DNA of 64,000 bases from assembly GCA_963707915.1 (NCBI GenBank), contig OY970178.1:352001-416000 (forward strand), read 5' to 3'. The notes beneath the pieces were generated by a model. It saw nothing but the letters and a program-made list of their open reading frames with translations. It was not told the DNA's origin and did not search any database. Below are positions 38,367 to 47,657 of this stretch, piece by piece (the first letter of the stretch is position 1; each line of letters opens with the position of its first letter). This DNA comes from Candidatus Eiseniibacteriota bacterium (GTDB lineage Bacteria; Eisenbacteria; RBG-16-71-46). The position numbers and the translations under genes were made by a program.

Positions 38367-39503
38367 ATGTGGAAGACCTCGCCCGGCAGCACCGGGCGGC
38401 TGCTGCAGCTCTGCCTCGGCTACTTCTCGCTCTACGTCCTCAACGGGGTGTTCGCCAAGGTGTTCACCGGCGGCCAGCCCTACCGCATGCCGGAGATGGC
38501 CTACCTGTTCAACAACACCCTGGGCGGCAGCATCCTCGCGCTGCTGGTGGTGTTCGCGCTGGGCTGGTACAAGCTCAAGTCCAATCGCCTGACGAAGTGG
38601 GGCCCGCTCACGGTCCCCTCGGAGGCCGCCTACATCATCCCCTCGGGCATCTGCACGGCCATCGTCATCCCGACCACGACCCTGATGTACACCCTGCCCA
38701 TCTCCGTCATGGTGGCCATGGTGATCATGCGGGGCAGCATCATCGTGATCAGCCGGCTGATCGACGCGGTCCAGATCCGGCAGGGCATCCTCAAGAAGCG
38801 CGTCTACGCCGAGGAGAACTGGGCCGTGCTGTTCGCCATCCTCGCGGTGGCCACCAACGTGGTGCTGCTCCCGATCGTCGCGTGGCTCGAGGGCCACGGC
38901 GTCGAGGCCTCGCGCTGGCTGGGGCTCAAGCCCGGGGCGCTGGCGGGCGGCTTCGACTTCCTGCGCTCGGGCCAGGCGATGACCATCATGGGCCTCTACA
39001 TCACGGCCTACACCATCCGCATCTACATCATGAACTACTTCAAGAACACCCGCGCCCGGGGCGTGCCGCTCGACAACCAGGGCTTCATCGGCGTCGAGCA
39101 GATCGCGGCCAGCCTGACCATGGCGGGGATCGTGGCCCTGTTCTACTTCGGCTCGCCCGCCTTCGGCTGGACGGCGAAGCCGGTGGTCGATTTCCGCGCG
39201 GCGGTCGAACAGCCCAACCTGGCGGCGTTCCTCTCGGGCCTGCCGTACGGCGCGCTGGCGTTCTTCTCGGTCTTCATCTTCATGTTCAAGGGCCGCACCG
39301 CGACCTTCGCCGGCCTGGTGAACCGGCTGACCTCGCTGCTGGCCGGCACCGCGGCGACCCTGCTCATGTTCTTCATCTTCAAGGCCAAGTTCCCGGCGGT
39401 GCAGGACTGGGTCTCGGTGGCCTTCATCCTGGTGGCGGTCTACTTCCTGGGCCTGGCCGAGAAGCGGCGGATGGGCGAGCTGGCGCGGGAAGCGACGGTC
39501 TGA
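38367..39503 (+). CDS. Polytopic membrane protein of unknown function (about 10 TM; possibly DMT-like)
   Basis: Repeated hydrophobic segments; strong codon bias; no family recognised. Confidence 0.65.
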   Translation: MWKTSPGSTGRLLQLCLGYFSLYVLNGVFAKVFTGGQPYRMPEMAYLFNNTLGGSILALLVVFALGWYKLKSNRLTKWGPLTVPSEAAYIIPSGICTAIVIPTTTLMYTLPISVMVAMVIMRGSIIVISRLIDAVQIRQGILKKRVYAEENWAVLFAILAVATNVVLLPIVAWLEGHGVEASRWLGLKPGALAGGFDFLRSGQAMTIMGLYITAYTIRIYIMNYFKNTRARGVPLDNQGFIGVEQIAASLTMAGIVALFYFGSPAFGWTAKPVVDFRAAVEQPNLAAFLSGLPYGALAFFSVFIFMFKGRTATFAGLVNRLTSLLAGTAATLLMFFIFKAKFPAVQDWVSVAFILVAVYFLGLAEKRRMGELAREATV

Positions 39504-39537
39504 GCGGGCGCTGCCCGGGACGGGGAAGGAGGCCGCG

Positions 39538-40074
39538 ATGAGATCCCTGCAGGACGCGACCGGCCGCGAGCTGGTCTGGAAGTCCCGAAGCCTGCTGTCG
39601 CGCACCCACGACCTGCTGGACCCGGACGCCGGCGCCGACGGGCTCTACGCCACGCTGGTCTGGCGGGCGGGATTCGTGCTGCAGGCCCCGGCGGAGGCCC
39701 AGTCGGGCGACGGCAGCTGGCACTTCCTCCACCAGGGCTTCTTCCGGCGGGACGTGCGGGTCGTGGCCGCGGACGGCAAGACCCCGGTGGCGACGCTGAA
39801 GCGCCACTGGCGGCGCGGCGTCCTGCGGTTCGAGGACGGCCGGGAGTTCATCTGGCGGCGGCGCTCCTTCCTGAGCCCTTCTTGGCGGTTCGAAGACCCC
39901 AACGGCACGATCGTGGTGGGCCTCCAATGGAGGTTCGCGCTGCCGCGCAGCACCATGAGGGTGGAGTCCGAAGCGTCGGCCGCGCCGGCCGTCGACCGGG
40001 CGTTGCTGGCGTGCCTGGGCATGTACCTGGTGCTCATGTCCCGTCGGCGGGTGGCGGCCCACGGAGCGGGCTGA
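39538..40074 (+). CDS. Hypothetical beta-rich protein (possibly tubby/scramblase-like)
   Basis: GGAGG RBS; repeated short strand units and a C-terminal hydrophobic helix. Confidence 0.55.
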   Translation: MRSLQDATGRELVWKSRSLLSRTHDLLDPDAGADGLYATLVWRAGFVLQAPAEAQSGDGSWHFLHQGFFRRDVRVVAADGKTPVATLKRHWRRGVLRFEDGREFIWRRRSFLSPSWRFEDPNGTIVVGLQWRFALPRSTMRVESEASAAPAVDRALLACLGMYLVLMSRRRVAAHGAG

Positions 40075-40239
40075 TCAGGATGGCTGGCGGTTCTGCGGTG
40101 ACGGTAGCGCACTCGCTTCGGCCATCATCGGGCACCAAGGCGCTCGGGATTGCGTCTAGAAATGGAACGATACGTTGTGCTGCAAGAGTTTAGCGTTATG
40201 GAACCGAGTTTGCGGATGGTCCGGGTGGCCACTGCGGGG

Positions 40240-40269
40240 TTGACTTTGGCCGAGTCCGGTCGGTAGGTT
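40240..40269 (+). promoter_or_regulatory. Putative promoter for the OMP gene at 40616
   Basis: TTGACT, 18 bp, TAGGTT. Confidence 0.45.
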
Positions 40270-40615
40270 CCGCATCGGAAGCGGCGGCCACGGAGGGGCC
40301 GTCGAAGACAGCAGGCGGCCCGAGCCGCCGCGGCTGCGCATCGGGACCAGGGAGGGCATCACATTTCTCGTGTCCGATCCCGCCCGGTCGAATGCTCCCT
40401 GTACCGAGGCGCCGGCTTCCTCCCGGATGCACGCGGGGAAGTCCACCTTCAAGCGTGGAAGATCCTGATGGTCGGCCCGGGCCGTCCGACCATCCTCACC
40501 AGCAGGCCCAGGTGAAATCGGAAGTGAGTCGGTAGTCTCTCGAAGTGGCGGCGGATTCCGGTCCCAGGGGCCGGCCCGACCGCCCAGTCAGACCCCTGAA
40601 GTGGAGGAAACAAAG

Positions 40616-41266
40616 ATGCGGAAGCTCGGAATCGTCGTGACTGCGATCGCGTGCCTGATGGTGTCGGCTGTTGCTTTCGCGGCTGACGCGCCGGCGGCCG
40701 GCAAGGCGGCCGGTGCGATGACCTTCGGCGTTGACGGCGGCATCGCTGTGCCGACGGGCGACTACGGAGACGTGGCCAAGATGGGCTTCACGGGCGGCGT
40801 GTTCGGCGAGTACGGGATCAACGAGATGTTTGCGATCGGCATCGGCGCGGACTACGTCAAGATCTCGGCGAAGGACGATGTCGTCACGGTGGCAGAGGCC
40901 GTTTACTCGCTGGTGGCGGAAGAGGCGATCACCGCGAAGCTGAGCACCTCGATCATCCCGATCCTGGCCTACGCGAAGTGGACGCCGCCGATGAAGGACA
41001 GCAAGGTTGCCCCCTACATCATGGCCGGCGGCGGCTTCTACATGATGAAGGCCAAGTCCGAATTCACCCCGGATCCGTTGAGCCTGAATGGTGACACCTC
41101 CGAGAACAAGGCCGGCTTCTTCGGCGGCGTGGGCGTTGATTTCAAGGCGTCGCCGCAGGTCAAGGTCGGCGTGTTCGGCAAGTTCCACGATGTCCTCACC
41201 GATGTGAAGTCCACGATGTTCATGACGGCTGGCGTCAGCGTGGGCTTCGGGCTGGCCACCAAGTAG
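40616..41266 (+). CDS. Small (about 8-stranded) outer-membrane beta-barrel, OmpA/OmpW-like
   Basis: GGAGG RBS; signal peptide ending AFA; PYIMAGGG, G..GGVGVDF, AGVSVGF strands. Confidence 0.85.
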   Translation: MRKLGIVVTAIACLMVSAVAFAADAPAAGKAAGAMTFGVDGGIAVPTGDYGDVAKMGFTGGVFGEYGINEMFAIGIGADYVKISAKDDVVTVAEAVYSLVAEEAITAKLSTSIIPILAYAKWTPPMKDSKVAPYIMAGGGFYMMKAKSEFTPDPLSLNGDTSENKAGFFGGVGVDFKASPQVKVGVFGKFHDVLTDVKSTMFMTAGVSVGFGLATK

Positions 41267-41292
41267 CTCCAGTCATCGTACCGGCTGAAACG

Positions 41293-41322
41293 ACCGGCCC
41301 GGGTCTCGCGACCCGGGCCGGT
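41293..41322. terminator. Hairpin between convergent genes
   Basis: Perfect 13-bp stem ACCGGCCCGGGTC / TCGC / GACCCGGGCCGGT. Confidence 0.7.
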
Positions 41323-41347
41323 GTCGTTCGCGGGGCACCCGCCGCCC

Positions 41348-42535
41348 CTACCGGTACGCCGCGATTCCCGTGACCTGCTCGCCCAGCACCAGCGTGTGGA
41401 TGTTGTGCGTGCCCTCGTAGGTCTTCACCGACTCGAGGTTGCACATGTGCCGGATGACCGGGTACTCGGCGGTGATGCCGTTGGCGCCGAGGATGTCGCG
41501 GGCCTCGCGCGCGATGTCGAGGGCGACCTCGCAGTTGTTGCGCTTGGCGAGCGAGATCTGCGCGGGCGTGACCCGGCCCTGGTCCTTGAGACGGCCGAGC
41601 TGCAGGCAGAGCAGCTGGCCCTTGGTGATCTCGGTGAGCATCACCGCCAGCTTCTCCTGGACCAGCTGGAACGATCCGATCGGCCTGCCGAACATGACGC
41701 GCGTCTTGGCGTACTCGGTGGCCTCGTGGAAGCAGGCCATGGCCGCCCCCAGCACGCCCCAGGCGATGCCGTAGCGGGCCTGCGAGAGGCAGGCCAGCGG
41801 CGACTTGAGCCCGTTCACGCCCGGCAGGTGGTTCGCCTCCGGCACGAAGACGTCGTCGAGGATCAGCTCGCTGGTGACCGAGGCGCGCAGCGAGTGCTTG
41901 TGCTTCTGCTCGGGCGCGGAGAAGCCCTTCGCGCCCTTCTCGACCAGGAAGCCGTGGACCTCGTCGCGCCCCGAGGCGTCGTTCTTCAGCTTGGCCCACA
42001 CCACGGCGAGATCGGCGATGGTGCCGCTGGTGATCCACATCTTGGCGCCGCTGAGCCGGTAGCCGCCGTCCGCGCGGACCGCCCGCGTGATCATGCCGCC
42101 GGGGTCCGAGCCGAAATCGGGCTCGGTGAGTCCGAAGCAGCCGATGACCTCGCCCCGCGCCATGGGCGGCAGCCAGCGGCGGCGTTGCTCCTCGGAGCCG
42201 AAGGCGAAGATCGGGTACATGCACAGCGCGCCCTGGACCGAGACGAACGAGCGCAGCCCGGAATCGCCGCGTTCCAGTTCCTGCATGGCCAGGCCGTAGG
42301 CGGTGTGGGAGACCCCCGCGCCGCCGTACTCCTCCGGCAGCGTCGCGCCGAACAGGCCCATCGCGGCCAGCTCGGGGACGACCTCGATGGGGAAGGTCGC
42401 GTCCTCGTAGGCCTGCTCGACGACGGGCAGGTAGCGCTCCTCGACCCAGCCGCGCACGTGCTCGCGGATCTGCCGTTCGTCCTCGGTGAAGAGCGGGTCG
42501 ATCCCGTAGAAGTCGATGCCGGTGAAACGGGCCAT
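41348..42535 (-). CDS. gcdH: Acyl-CoA dehydrogenase, glutaryl-CoA dehydrogenase-like
   Basis: ELERGDSGLRS..SVQ, FGLTEPDFGSDP, GAKMWIT, LGANGI, TYEGT..IH. Confidence 0.85.
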   Translation of the reverse strand: MARFTGIDFYGIDPLFTEDERQIREHVRGWVEERYLPVVEQAYEDATFPIEVVPELAAMGLFGATLPEEYGGAGVSHTAYGLAMQELERGDSGLRSFVSVQGALCMYPIFAFGSEEQRRRWLPPMARGEVIGCFGLTEPDFGSDPGGMITRAVRADGGYRLSGAKMWITSGTIADLAVVWAKLKNDASGRDEVHGFLVEKGAKGFSAPEQKHKHSLRASVTSELILDDVFVPEANHLPGVNGLKSPLACLSQARYGIAWGVLGAAMACFHEATEYAKTRVMFGRPIGSFQLVQEKLAVMLTEITKGQLLCLQLGRLKDQGRVTPAQISLAKRNNCEVALDIAREARDILGANGITAEYPVIRHMCNLESVKTYEGTHNIHTLVLGEQVTGIAAYR

Positions 42536-42842
42536 GGGTTGGCTCCTCCGGAGTCCAGCGGGGCGTGGCGCGGGTGCGAGGCCAGAATATAGGGGAGCCC
42601 TCCAGCCCCGACAATCCCGCATGGGTGCGAGTGCGGCACCCGGGGCTCCCGCCGCCCGGCGGCGCACCCGACGCGGGCGCCGGGGGTGGTGGTGGGCGAG
42701 CAGAGGCACCGTGCGCCCGCCCGCCACCACCCACGGCGCCCGCCCATCCAACGCCCACCGTGCCCGCCGGATTGCGGCCGTGCCTGCCGCTCGCTACGCT
42801 GCCCGGCATGGTGTCCGTCCCGCCTGCCCAGGAGAACCCGCC

Positions 42843-44558
42843 ATGCCCCGTCTCCGCTGCCTGCCGCCCGCGCTCGCCGCGCTCCTCGTCGCCATGAGCC
42901 TCGTCCCTCCCGCGGGTGACGCCGCCGCCGCCCGCGGCGTGGCCAGCCGCTCGGTGGTCTACGCGCGCCACGGCATGGTCTGCGCGGCGCAGCCGCTGGC
43001 GGTCCAGGCCGGGGTCGAGGTGCTCCAGGCCGGCGGCAGCGCGGTGGACGCGGCCATCGCGGTCAACGCCTGCCTGGCGCTGATGGAGCCGACCTCGTGC
43101 GGGCTGGGCGGCGACCTGTTCGCCATCGTCTGGGACCCGAAGGCCGGTCGGCTGGCGGGGCTCAACGCCTCGGGTCGCGCACCGCTCGCGCTCACCATCG
43201 ACCAGGTGAAGCCCGAGCCGGACGGCACCATCCCGCTCTACTCGCCCTACGCCTGGACCGTGCCCGGTTGCGCGGACGGCTGGTTCGAGCTGCACGCGAA
43301 GTACGGCCGGCTGCCGATGCGCCGGGTGCTGGAGCGCGCGATCCGCTACGCCGAGGAGGGCTTCCCGCTCTCGCCGGTCATCGCCTCGGACTGGGCGCGC
43401 GGGGCGGCGCGCTTCAAGGACAAGCCGGGCTTCGCCGAGGTCTTCATGCCCGGCGGGGCCGCGCCGCGCGAGGGCGAGACGTTCCGCAACCCGGCGCTCG
43501 CCAGGACCCTGCGCCGGCTGGCGGAGCAGGGGCGCGACGCCTACTACCGCGGTCCCATCGCCGAGGCGCTGGTGCGCTACTCGAAGGCGCACGGCGGCTT
43601 CTTCGCGGCGGAGGACTTCGCGCGGCACCGCTCGACCTGGGACGCGCCGATCTCGACCGACTACCGCGGCTGGACGGTCTGGGAGCTGCCGCCCAACGGG
43701 CAGGGCCTTGCCGCGCTGCAGCTGCTGAACCTGCTCGAGGACTTCGACCTCAAGGCGATGGGCCGCGAGTCGGCCGACTTCTGGCACGTCATGACCGAGG
43801 CCAAGAAGCTGGCCTTCGCCGACCGGGCCCGTTACTACGCCGACCCGGCCTTCGCGAAGGTGCCGGTCGAGGCGCTGCTGTCGAAGGAGTACGCGAAGCG
43901 GCGCGCGGCGCTGGTGGACCTGCAGCGCGCCGCGCTCACCGACAGCGCCGGCGACCCGGTGGCCCTGAGCCGCCGGGAGACCACCTACCTGTGCGCCGCC
44001 GACGACAGCGGCATGATGGTCTCGCTCATCCAGAGCAACTACACCGGCTTCGGATCGGGCTACGTGGTGCCCGAGCTGGGCTTCGGCCTGCAGGACCGCG
44101 GGGGCTGCTTCTCGCTCCAGCCGGGCCACGCCAACGCGCTCGCGCCGGGCAAGCGCCCGTTCCAGACCATCATCCCGGCGTTCGTGACCCGCGACGGCAA
44201 GCCCCTGATGGCCTTCGGCTTGATGGGCGGCGACATGCAGCCGCAGGGCCACGCGCAGATCATCGTGAATCTCCGGGACTTCGGGATGAATCTGCAGGAG
44301 GCCGGTGACGCCATCCGCTTCCACCACACCGGCTCGAGCGAGCCGACCGGCACGGTGATGACCGACGGCGGCGTGCTCCACATCGAGGACGGGCTGCCGC
44401 CGGGCGTGCTGGACGAGTTGAAGCGCCGCGGCCACGTGCTGGAGCCCGAGCCGGTCGGGGCCTACGGCGGCTACCAGGCGATCTGGCGGGACCCGGTGAC
44501 GGGCTTCTACAGCGGCGCGACGGAGAAGCGAAAGGACGGGTGTGCGCAGGGCTACTGA
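42843..44558 (+). CDS. ggt: Gamma-glutamyltransferase (secreted)
   Basis: GGSAVDAAIA, GLGGDLF, TVPG, PPNGQG, ETT (Ntn Thr), PGKRP, MGG.MQPQG. Confidence 0.93.
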   Translation: MPRLRCLPPALAALLVAMSLVPPAGDAAAARGVASRSVVYARHGMVCAAQPLAVQAGVEVLQAGGSAVDAAIAVNACLALMEPTSCGLGGDLFAIVWDPKAGRLAGLNASGRAPLALTIDQVKPEPDGTIPLYSPYAWTVPGCADGWFELHAKYGRLPMRRVLERAIRYAEEGFPLSPVIASDWARGAARFKDKPGFAEVFMPGGAAPREGETFRNPALARTLRRLAEQGRDAYYRGPIAEALVRYSKAHGGFFAAEDFARHRSTWDAPISTDYRGWTVWELPPNGQGLAALQLLNLLEDFDLKAMGRESADFWHVMTEAKKLAFADRARYYADPAFAKVPVEALLSKEYAKRRAALVDLQRAALTDSAGDPVALSRRETTYLCAADDSGMMVSLIQSNYTGFGSGYVVPELGFGLQDRGGCFSLQPGHANALAPGKRPFQTIIPAFVTRDGKPLMAFGLMGGDMQPQGHAQIIVNLRDFGMNLQEAGDAIRFHHTGSSEPTGTVMTDGGVLHIEDGLPPGVLDELKRRGHVLEPEPVGAYGGYQAIWRDPVTGFYSGATEKRKDGCAQGY

Positions 44559-46683
44559 CCTGACGGGCGGGACCGGGGCCGCGGGCCACGGCGGGCTGGG
44601 CCCGAGGAGCTCGTCGCGTTCTACCGCACGATGGTCACCTCGCGGCGGCTGGACGACGAGGAGATCCGCCTCAAGAAGCTCAACCAGACCTACTTCCAGA
44701 TCTCGGGGGCGGGACACGAGGCCGTGCTGGCCGCGGCGGGCAGCGTGCTGCGGCCTGGGCACGACTGGTTCTATCCCTACTACCGCGACCGCGCGCTCTG
44801 CCTCGCGCTCGGCATGACGCCGCGCGAGATGCTGCTCGCCGCGGTCGCCTCGGCCGAGGACCCCGGCTCGGGCGGCCGGCAGATGCCCAGCCACTGGGGC
44901 CACAAGGCGCTCAACATCGTCTCGCAGAGCAGCCCGACGGGTACCCAGTTCCTGCAGGCGGTCGGCGCCGCCGAGGCGCTGGTCAAGTACCGCGCCCTGG
45001 AGCGCGAGCACCCCGCGCTGCGCGGCCGCGTGCAGGGCGACGAGGTGGTCTACGTCAGCTCGGGGGAGGGGACGACCAGCCAGGGCGAGTTCTGGGAGGC
45101 GCTCAACTCGGCGTGCAACCTGCGGCTGCCGGTGCTCTTCCTGATCGAGGACAACGGCTACGCCATCTCGGTGCCGGCGGACGTGCAGACCGCGGGCGGC
45201 GACGTGGCGCCGCTGGTGCGGGGCTTCCCGAACCTGTACTGGTGCGGCGAGGTCGACGGCAGCGACCCGGTCGCCTCGCATGGCGTGCTGCGGGAGGCCG
45301 TCCGCCACTGCCGCGAGCGCCGCGGGCCGGCCTTCGTCCGGGCGCTGGTGACCCGGCCGTACTCGCACTCGATGTCGGACGACGAGAGCAAGTACAAGCC
45401 GCGGGCGGTGCGCGAGGCCGAGGCGAAGCGCGACTGCCTGCCCCGCTTCGCGGGCTTCCTCGAGCAGGACGGGCATCCTCGACGCGGCGGGCTTCGAGCG
45501 CCTGCACGCCGAGGTCCAGGCCGGGATCGCCGCGGCGAGCGAGGCCGCCCGCGCCAGCGCGCAGCCGGAGCCCGAGACCGCGCTGCTCCACGTCTACTCG
45601 TCCGAGGTGGACCCGGCCGCCGAGCGCTTCGCCGCCGAGCCGCGGCCGCTGCACCCCGAACGCACCGAGACGCTGCTGCAGAGCATCAACTTCTGCCTGC
45701 GCGACGAGATGCGGCGCGACCCGCGCATCCTGGTCTACGGCGAGGACGTGGCGGACTCGTCCGACGAGGAGCTGCTCGCCCAGATCAAGGGCAAGGGCGG
45801 CGTCTTCGGCGTCACCTGGGGACTGCAGAAGCTCTTCGGCAAGGAGCGCGTCTACAACTCGCCGCTCGCCGAGGCCAGCATCGTCGGGCGCGCGATCGGG
45901 CTCGCCACGCTGGGGCTGCGGCCGGTGGTCGAGATCCAGTTCGTCGACTACATCTGGCCCGCGATGATGCAGCTGCGCAACGAGCTGTCGATGTTGCGCT
46001 GGCGGTCGAACGGCGCGTTCGCCGCACCGGTCGTGGTGCGCGCGGCCTACGGCGGCTACCTGCAGGGCGGGGCGCCCTACCACAGCCAGTGCGGGGAGAG
46101 CATCTTCGCCCACTGTCCCGGGCTGCGCGTGGTGATCCCGAGCGTGGCGAGCGACGCGGCCGGGCTGCTGCGCACGGCGCTGCGCAGCGAGGACCCGGTG
46201 CTGTTCCTCGAGCACAAGCACCTCTACCGGCAGCCCTACGCCAAGGAGGCCTACCCCGGGCCCGACTACACCGTGCCGTTCGGCCGCGCCCGCCTGGTGC
46301 GCGCGGGCGCGCACGTGACCGTGGTGACCTGGGGCGCGGTGGTGCAGCGCTCGGTGCTCGCCGCGCAGGAGGCGGCGGAGCAGGGCATCGAGACCGAGAT
46401 CCTCGACCTGCGCACGATCCAGCCGCTCGACTTCGGCGCGGTGGCGCGCTCGGTGGCGAAGACCGGGCGCCTGGTGGTGGCGCACGAGGACACGCTGACC
46501 TGCGGGTTCGGGGCGGAGGTCGCCGCGCGGGCCGCGGCCGAGTGCTTCGCGGACCTCGACGCGCCGGTGCGCCGCGTGGCCGCGCTCGACACGCCGGTGG
46601 GCTACGCACCGCGGCTCGAAGACCGCATCCTGCCCCAGAAGGACGACCTGCTGGCCGCGATCCGCGAGATCGCGGCGTACTGA
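44542..46683 (+). pseudogene. Fused 2-oxoacid dehydrogenase E1 alpha/beta, interrupted by frameshift(s) (pseudogene or assembly indels)
   Basis: Alpha motifs (GHEA, YYRD, GEG.TSQG...NG, HSMSDD) in the 44631 frame; beta motifs (GEDV, GGVFG.T, EIQF.DY, HSQ, EHK.LY) in the 45607 frame. Removing one G from GGG at 45471-45473 joins them. A probable missing G near 44598 links GTG 44542 (RBS AAAGGA). Confidence 0.85.
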
Positions 46684-46707
46684 GGTCCGGTCCCCTCCGC
46701 ACGCGAA

Positions 46708-46737
46708 ACGGGCCCGGGCGGGTGCGCCCGGGCCCGT
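46708..46737. terminator. Hairpin between convergent genes
   Basis: Perfect 13-bp stem ACGGGCCCGGGCG / GGTG / CGCCCGGGCCCGT. Confidence 0.7.
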
Positions 46738-46753
46738 CTCGTCGACGAACCGG

Positions 46754-47458
46754 CTAGGGCTTGACCTCGGCGGCGGGCGGCTCGGTGCGGGCCTTCTGGC
46801 CGCCGAGCGGCACCTTCAGCCCGATGCGGAACACCAGTCCGCTGTAGTCCAGCCGGAGCTGGGAGCCGTCGGGATTGCGGGCGACGACCCCGCCGATCTT
46901 GACCTCGGTCGCCTTCGCGGTGCGATAGCCCAGCGTGGCGTAGACCCCGCAGCGGCGCTGTCCCCACCAGTCGGCGCCGAAGTACGGCTCGAACAACGAC
47001 GCCTTCGCGCTCACGTCCTGGCTCGCGACGCCGATCAGGCGCGACCCGGAGGTCGACACGCTCCCGGCGGCCACGCCGAGGTGGGCGCCCAGCGCGCCCC
47101 GCGTGGGCAGGGCGTATTCGGCGACGGCGCGCAGCACGTTGGCGGGCAGCTGGAGATCGTAGCGGCGGGTGGCGGTCTTGACCCCGGACGAGGCGTACCA
47201 GCGCTCGTAGCCGGCGCCGATCGAGAGTCCGCCCCAGAGGTCCAGCCCGGCGCCCGCGCCCCAGGCGGGGCCATTGTCGATCGGCCAGAGCGTCGCGTTG
47301 GCCCCCTGGTTCTGCGCTTCGAGGGAGCGATTCACGTCGTCCAGGGAGTACCGGCCCAGGGAGCCGCTGAGACCGACCCACGGCCGCAGGGTGGTGGCGG
47401 CGGCGGGCACGGGGACGGACAGCGCGACGGCCAGCAGGAGAACCGGGATTCCTCGCAT
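46754..47458 (-). CDS. Small outer-membrane beta-barrel protein
   Basis: Signal peptide; amphipathic strands; [14 protein letters not shown] terminal strand. Confidence 0.7.
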   Translation of the reverse strand: MRGIPVLLLAVALSVPVPAAATTLRPWVGLSGSLGRYSLDDVNRSLEAQNQGANATLWPIDNGPAWGAGAGLDLWGGLSIGAGYERWYASSGVKTATRRYDLQLPANVLRAVAEYALPTRGALGAHLGVAAGSVSTSGSRLIGVASQDVSAKASLFEPYFGADWWGQRRCGVYATLGYRTAKATEVKIGGVVARNPDGSQLRLDYSGLVFRIGLKVPLGGQKARTEPPAAEVKP

Positions 47459-47657
47459 CGTTTAGCCTCCGACGAATATCGCCAGACTCGGTTGATTCCA
47501 CAGGTGCCGGAGGCCGGGCAGCGGGGGATACCCCGGTGGGGCGGCCACCCCGGGTGAAGACCACGGCGACGGCCCGGCGGCCGGATGCTCCGGATGGGAC
47601 GAACCGGTGCGGACACTACCACACCCCGAGGATCCCCCGGAAAGGCCCGGGAGCGGC

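Noticed and set aside
41235..45476. 1413-aa minus-strand ORF, and similar very long ORFs such as 55801..60183, 56517..60119 and 26490..29252
   Set aside because: Shadow ORFs: Arg/Ala/Gly/Pro-rich, no motifs, and overlapping well-supported genes, as expected where stops are scarce at high GC.
45460..45480. Programmed ribosomal frameshift in the E1 gene
   Set aside because: No slippery X_XXY_YYZ heptamer; the shift maps to a 3-G run and a second indel occurs in the same gene.
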